Below, one piece after another: positions 15,669-20,000 of a stretch of 20,000 bases of DNA. Source of the stretch: an uncultured virus (IMG/VR IMGVR_UViG_3300032116_000170). Taxonomy: Duplodnaviria > Heunggongvirae > Uroviricota > Caudoviricetes. Position 1 is the first letter of the stretch. Each line of letters opens with the position of its first letter. The stretch lies in IMG/VR virus record IMGVR_UViG_3300032116_000170, one strand, 5' to 3'. A program made the position numbers and the translations under genes. Under the pieces are notes generated by a model. That model saw only the letters and a list, made by a program, of their open reading frames with translations. It made no database searches and was not told where the DNA came from.

Positions 15669-16766
15669 TCATGCTCCTGTGTAGCAAAGGTCATACGCTG
15701 TTGCCAGCATGGTGTCGGGGTTGCTGCTGTACAGCAGGTCTTCGAGCTGCTCCAGCACCTCATCGGTCAGCTTCTTGGTGTTGATATACCGCTCGGCCAT
15801 CGCTGGGTCTTCGGGGTACACACTCTCACACATCAGGGTCACCAGTGGTTTGGTCACGCCACGGAACGCAGCGATCACTGCATCCTCAGTGTCAAGGAAG
15901 TGTGCGGTGATGGGCTGGTGCTCGTCATACGCTGGATACCCAAAGGTCTTGTAGCTTGCGAACCCATACTCCATATCGTCTACTCCCGGCTCACGCTCGG
16001 CAGGCAGCATGTCCCATCGCACCTTGGTCACAGCTTCGGACAGTTGCTTGAAGTGCAGGATGTCAAGGGACTCTTGGTCACTGTGCTCACGGTCGTAGCC
16101 CACGCTGATGTTGGTGCACTCGGGGATGATGGCTGTGAACTCGGCTGTGTCTGTATATACACCGGTGTTGTCGGGTAGATACATCAGGTTGTCGTTGGTC
16201 GCATTCAACTCATCGGCCAAGTGCTGAGCGAACGTATCTGAGCAGCAGCGCCCATACCCTTGGTGTGTGATGACACTGTCGATACCCCGGCGGTCGAACG
16301 CAATGGCACGGTCGAACTCAGACAGCAGCTGTGGGTAGTGCTCAGCAAGGTGGGTCGCACCGATGCCGCCACATTCTTCGCCTTGGGTGAACACGTAGTA
16401 ACCCGGCACGTTCTTGTGGATCATGTGCATGAGCATCGCGCAGCCAGCACCATCGTCTGCACCGAGGGGCGCACCGTCAGCATGCCAGTGTGTGTCGGTC
16501 TTGCGAATCTTGTTGGGTGCAACGTCTTTGTGCACAGTGTCAACGTGGGCAACGAACAGCGTGCGGTGCTTGGTGCTTGAGCGTGCATCGATGTGCAGAT
16601 TGCCAGCCACGTCACGCCATGCGCCCTCTTGCAGATGCTTGGGCAGTGCGTCTTGCAGCCACTGTGTGAAATACATCGTGGCCTTGGTGTTGTGTGGGCG
16701 TGCAATGGACAAAGCACGGGCGAGAGTTTTGTGAAGGATAGAATTTTTGTGCATGATGTTTCTCAT
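15669..16766 (-). CDS. M28/M20-clan zinc-dependent peptidase/amidohydrolase
   Basis: Metal-ligand motifs AHVDTVH, LGADDGAG, GEECGGIG, IAFDR, YTDT, NISVGYDREHS. Confidence 0.88.
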   Translation of the reverse strand: MRNIMHKNSILHKTLARALSIARPHNTKATMYFTQWLQDALPKHLQEGAWRDVAGNLHIDARSSTKHRTLFVAHVDTVHKDVAPNKIRKTDTHWHADGAPLGADDGAGCAMLMHMIHKNVPGYYVFTQGEECGGIGATHLAEHYPQLLSEFDRAIAFDRRGIDSVITHQGYGRCCSDTFAQHLADELNATNDNLMYLPDNTGVYTDTAEFTAIIPECTNISVGYDREHSDQESLDILHFKQLSEAVTKVRWDMLPAEREPGVDDMEYGFASYKTFGYPAYDEHQPITAHFLDTEDAVIAAFRGVTKPLVTLMCESVYPEDPAMAERYINTKKLTDEVLEQLEDLLYSSNPDTMLATAYDLCYTGA

Positions 16767-16772
16767 TGGTTT

Positions 16773-16814
16773 TTCCTAGTCCTAGCAGAGCTTGGCTCTG
16801 CTACTCGGTAGGAA
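16773..16814. repeat. Composite hairpin TTCCTA..TAGCAGAGC-TTG-GCTCTGCTA..TAGGAA
   Basis: 9-bp inner stem 16783-16803 plus 6-bp outer stem; inverted homolog at 18218-18261. Confidence 0.75.
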
Positions 16815-18185
16815 TTATTCGGTTTCGGTTTGTTCAGGGACGTTGTCGGGGTGATACAGGTTGCCATCCACTTCAACGGGCGGCTCGTCATCTTTGCTGT
16901 ACCACTTGCCAGACTCGGCACACTCGTATGCATCGTCACGCAGGGCATAGTCCCCGTTGTCAAGGCACACGATGTCATCGTCATCCACGTGATACCACTC
17001 GTCATCGATCTGCACAGCGTTGTCCTCGTGCTCGTACTCACCATTGGCAAGGTAGATGATGCCGTTGTCACCGAGGTAGCTGTCGTGGTAGTACTCATCC
17101 TGCGACTCCACGTACACGGTGTCATTTTCATGCACGTAGTATTGGTTCCCGTTGCGGCCATACGCAAAGCGGTAGTACTCATCACGGCAGTACTCGCACA
17201 CCATCGTGTCCTCATTACGGCCAACCCAATACCCATCGCCCTCACGGATACGGTCGCTGCATGACTCGCATGTGGTCATGTCCGCATCATCGTAAGTGCC
17301 ATCGGTGTTGGTGCATTCGTACTCGCCATCTTCAGTGATGACCAAGCAACGCTCACCGTTCAGGTGTGTGGTGTCCACGCGCTGTGTGTCCCCATCGAGG
17401 TAGGGTGCAAGGAAGTCACAGGAATGGGTAATACCCGGCAGCCGGGCAAGGTAGCAGCTCTCCCACCCACCACGCTTTTTGTAGCCTTGCTCAGCCAGCC
17501 ACTGTTCCATCTGCTCATCGCTGGATGAATAGCCCCCGGTCTTGCGGTAGCTACGCACGTAGAACTTCTCATCGCCGCTTTGGTAGCACAGCGCACGGCC
17601 CACGGTGTCATCGCCCTCAATGTGCACACACATGTGCCAGCCATACTTGGGGTCATAGGTTCGGTACGGGTGTTCATCCACATCGCTTCCGTTCCATACC
17701 ATGCAAGAGTGTGGCCCCCGGTGCAGGTGGAATATCATCTCGGCTGTGGTGTGCACGAACTTCATGCCTGTGGCTGTGACGCTGGCCACGATGTCACGTA
17801 TGGCGTGATCGGGCAGCATGGTGAAGTGTGAGCGCAGGTATTTGCCCAGTGAGGTGACAGTCTGCACGTCACGCTCTGCCTTGTCTTCGTTCTGTGTGTA
17901 GGCAACCCGGCCCTTGTCGGTGATGGTTGTGGGTACGTGCGGCCACTCCAGCAGCAGGCGCTGCCAATTATCGGGGCGTGCAAGAGCGATGGCTTTGGTG
18001 ATGGCAGGGTGCAGTGGGTATCGGTCTTGCTCACGACGATGCCATTCACGGCGTGGCACGGATATGTTGTATTCGTAGCCCCCATCAAGGCGGCGTGTGG
18101 TGATTGGCTCGCCACCATATTTGAGAATGTTTGCAGCAATTAGGATCGTGTCGATCATGTACTGCGGGTTGTATGTAGTTTCCAT
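16815..18185 (-). CDS. Conserved phage protein (456 aa) with SCM / GRAL / PYLD core and C-terminal acidic CxxC repeats
   Basis: Long ORF with coding-like composition; motifs SLGKYL, GPHSCM, VGRALC, YVRSY, APYLDG; tail CESC..CEYC then D/E/Y-rich repeats. Confidence 0.85.
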   Translation of the reverse strand: METTYNPQYMIDTILIAANILKYGGEPITTRRLDGGYEYNISVPRREWHRREQDRYPLHPAITKAIALARPDNWQRLLLEWPHVPTTITDKGRVAYTQNEDKAERDVQTVTSLGKYLRSHFTMLPDHAIRDIVASVTATGMKFVHTTAEMIFHLHRGPHSCMVWNGSDVDEHPYRTYDPKYGWHMCVHIEGDDTVGRALCYQSGDEKFYVRSYRKTGGYSSSDEQMEQWLAEQGYKKRGGWESCYLARLPGITHSCDFLAPYLDGDTQRVDTTHLNGERCLVITEDGEYECTNTDGTYDDADMTTCESCSDRIREGDGYWVGRNEDTMVCEYCRDEYYRFAYGRNGNQYYVHENDTVYVESQDEYYHDSYLGDNGIIYLANGEYEHEDNAVQIDDEWYHVDDDDIVCLDNGDYALRDDAYECAESGKWYSKDDEPPVEVDGNLYHPDNVPEQTETE

Positions 18186-18217
18186 ATCATCTTTCGTGGT
18201 TGGTTGAGTTGAAGAAT

Positions 18218-18261
18218 TTCCTACTGGTAGGAAGCAGGGCTTGCCCTGCTAGGGCTAGGAA
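18218..18261. repeat. Palindrome TTCCTAC-TG-GTAGGAA plus hairpin AGCAGGGC-TT-GCCCTGCT
   Basis: Motif copy 33 nt upstream of ATG 18185; flank AGTTGAAGAA is shared with the 14642 copy. Confidence 0.82.
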
Positions 18262-18266
18262 TGTTG

Positions 18267-18476
18267 TTACGTCATGGCTCCTCCTTTGTGTGACGTGTTG
18301 AGTCCCTTGAGCAGGGACGGGTCTGTTATCAGGATGTAGTTACTCTTTGGCATGGGGGCGACAGTCCACCCTTTGCGCTCTTGCTTGGCAGCAGCTTCGC
18401 CACATGGCAGGCATGTGTGTCGGCCCAAGGCCCAGCGTGCTGTGGCCACGGTATCTCCGCAGTGTGTGCAGTTCAT
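18267..18476 (-). CDS. C4 zinc-finger protein (DksA/TraR-finger-like), 69 aa
   Basis: CTHCGDTVATARWALGRHTCLPCG; ATGA overlap. Confidence 0.72.
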   Translation of the reverse strand: MNCTHCGDTVATARWALGRHTCLPCGEAAAKQERKGWTVAPMPKSNYILITDPSLLKGLNTSHKGGAMT

Positions 18477-18718
18477 GTGTTGCCTTTCAATATGAATAGG
18501 GTTTGGTATTGCCGCACCAAGCGGGTTACTTCGGGTTGCAGGGCAGCAGGGAACGATTCGAGTTTTCGCACTAGGTATTGGCTGCCGTATCCGTTGTTGT
18601 CGTACAGATATGCAGGGTCTCGCAATCCGTCACGTGTGACGTAAAACTGTGTGACCACCTGCCCCACACGCAGTGTGATGTGTGCGTTCTCGCTACCCTG
18701 CACAACGTGCGCACTCAT
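18473..18718 (-). CDS. Hypothetical protein (81 aa)
   Basis: ATGA overlaps at both ends. Confidence 0.68.
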   Translation of the reverse strand: MSAHVVQGSENAHITLRVGQVVTQFYVTRDGLRDPAYLYDNNGYGSQYLVRKLESFPAALQPEVTRLVRQYQTLFILKGNT

Positions 18719-19077
18719 CTGTGAAACAGCGCCATGCCTGCAATGGCAGGGAACCGTGCCCCATGTTCGGCAATCCACGTTTCATCCACGATCTGGTCAC
18801 GGCCAATGGCTGGCCCGATGAAGTATTGGATGCCGTCAATGTCGTCTTCGCACATGACAACGCCGATGCACGCACCGCCAGCGGCGGTGAACCATGTTGA
18901 GTCAAGTATGTTCATGTTTGTGATCTCCTTTTCTTGTATCCAATAGATGTAGCCACGCCCGTCATCGGTGGCTTTCATGTGTCGCAGTCCTGCTTCAGCC
19001 AGCACCTTGTCGATGAACACGGCCTCAAGCCACGGCTTTTCGGTGTCACTGCCCCACAAAATCCATACGAGTTTCAT
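18715..19077 (-). CDS. Hypothetical protein (120 aa), possibly two fused genes
   Basis: GAGGGAG RBS and ATGA overlap; internal AAGGAG plus in-frame ATG at 18915. Confidence 0.72.
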   Translation of the reverse strand: MKLVWILWGSDTEKPWLEAVFIDKVLAEAGLRHMKATDDGRGYIYWIQEKEITNMNILDSTWFTAAGGACIGVVMCEDDIDGIQYFIGPAIGRDQIVDETWIAEHGARFPAIAGMALFHR

Positions 19078-19280
19078 TTGCTTTCTCCCTCTGGTGTGTA
19101 TGCTTTGCATCGGTCTGCAAATGCCCGAGCTTTGGCATCGATTTGCTTGTTCTCCTCTATGCTTGCGGAGAAGGGCGCGACAACTTCAAGGCTAGTCCCT
19201 GCCCACAAGGGGCATATCAGGCTAGGTCTATGGGCCGACCCATCGTGGCGCGAGTGCTCGCAGTTTCTGCATGACTTCAT
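19074..19280 (-). CDS. Small Cys-containing protein (68 aa, CRNCEH..C..C)
   Basis: GGGGGA RBS; ATGA overlaps. Confidence 0.72.
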   Translation of the reverse strand: MKSCRNCEHSRHDGSAHRPSLICPLWAGTSLEVVAPFSASIEENKQIDAKARAFADRCKAYTPEGESK

Positions 19281-19456
19281 TCCATCCCCCCTTCATCAAG
19301 GCACGTAGTCCAGCGAATCTCCCCGTCACCGGGGTATGCCTTGTCAACATCGAACAGGTCAAAGGCCGTGGCTTCGGCTTCCTCCACGCTGGATGCCTCA
19401 ACTTCTATGGTGTGAAAGTAGGACATCACTACTTGCACTTGGTATCGCTTTATCAT
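19277..19456 (-). CDS. 59-aa acidic protein, DpnD/PcfM-like pattern
   Basis: Not in the ORF track; MIKRYQVQVVMSYFHTIEVEASSVEEAEATAFDLFDVDKAYPGDGEIRWTTCLDEGGME; AAAGGAAC RBS; ATGA overlap. Confidence 0.75.
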   Translation of the reverse strand: MIKRYQVQVVMSYFHTIEVEASSVEEAEATAFDLFDVDKAYPGDGEIRWTTCLDEGGME

Positions 19457-19483
19457 GTTTGTTCCTTTCAGTTTCGATTGGTT

Positions 19484-19502
19484 TTTCCTACCGGGTAGGA
19501 AA
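19484..19502. repeat. Palindrome TTTCCTACC-G-GGTAGGAAA
   Basis: Motif copy about 29 nt upstream of ATG 19456. Confidence 0.82.
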
Positions 19503-19843
19503 GTGATGCGGTGATCGCATCCAATAGCTCACATGACGTGCACGTCATGCCACGGCACGCCGTGAGCTATCAGCGGAAATCTCCGGGCGCATGTGCGCCG
19601 TGTACACGGTGTTGCCACCATGAATAGGGGTTACTCTTTGGTTTGATTGTTTGCTTCACATGCACGAGTGCATGCATGTGGCCGACTGGCTACGGCACGC
19701 CTATTCACTGAGCATTGATGGGACTGATTTGTGGTTTTGTTGTGGCCCATGTGCCAGCTTCTACGATCTACGCAGCGGCGGTTCATAGTCCCATTGTCAG
19801 AGGGACTTGCTTGTAAGATGTTAATGAACAACTTGGCCGAGGT

Positions 19844-19859
19844 TTCCTACCGGTAGGAG
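19844..19859. repeat. Palindrome TTCCTAC-CG-GTAGGAG
   Basis: Motif copy about 55 nt downstream of the -10 box of the 19914-19942 promoter. Confidence 0.8.
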
Positions 19860-19913
19860 AAAGTGTCGTAGGTCTGTGGCCAATGCAGGGCGCAATGTCC
19901 CTTACATGGCTCT

Positions 19914-19942
19914 ATTATAGGTGATAAGACAGGGCTTGTCAA
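19914..19942 (-). promoter_or_regulatory. Consensus sigma70 promoter TTGACA-17-TATAAT
   Basis: Minus strand TTGACA agccctgtcttatcacc TATAAT, heading the early gene run. Confidence 0.92.
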
Positions 19943-20000
19943 GTCAGGACATGACTAAACGTGAGTGCCTGTGGGGTGTTCCAGAACGTGTTCTGCATGC

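Noticed and set aside
30..19498. Numerous plus-strand ORFs in the track (e.g. 11197-12156, 3291-3962, 3440-4132)
   Set aside because: They are antisense shadows of well-supported minus-strand genes in GC-rich DNA, with no recognisable motifs; the minus strand is already fully tiled.
19631..19831. 66-aa minus-strand ORF in the leader region
   Set aside because: Non-ATG start without a clear RBS, no coupling to neighbours and atypical composition.

Overview
A 20 kb piece of a tailed dsDNA bacteriophage genome. The host is probably a proteobacterium (inference from sigma70 promoters and gene families). All credible genes are on the minus strand, forming one early-to-replication transcription direction read from 20000 toward 1. 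The order is: perfect sigma70 promoter (19914-19942); palindrome-rich non-coding leader; small early genes; a 456-aa SCM/PYLD-motif protein with acidic Zn repeats paired with an M28-like zinc hydrolase; a second perfect sigma70 promoter (15099-15127); a DUF3150-like / MoxR-type AAA+ / HExxH-vWA triad with an HNH gene inserted; a dense array of tiny, translationally coupled genes built from reused DNA modules (EREACAK family); DUF3310; HNH; VRR-NUC; family A DNA polymerase (Leu762 type); Cas4-like PD-(D/E)XK exonuclease; small HNH; a ~165-nt candidate pseudoknotted RNA; and a SNF2 helicase truncated by the window edge. The best leads are the structured RNA before the helicase, the module-shuffling gene array, the TTCCTAC-N2/3-GTAGGAA palindrome family (including an inverted composite hairpin pair bracketing one gene), and the two enzyme modules of unknown role. 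Family names come from motif recognition by eye; no database search was run.
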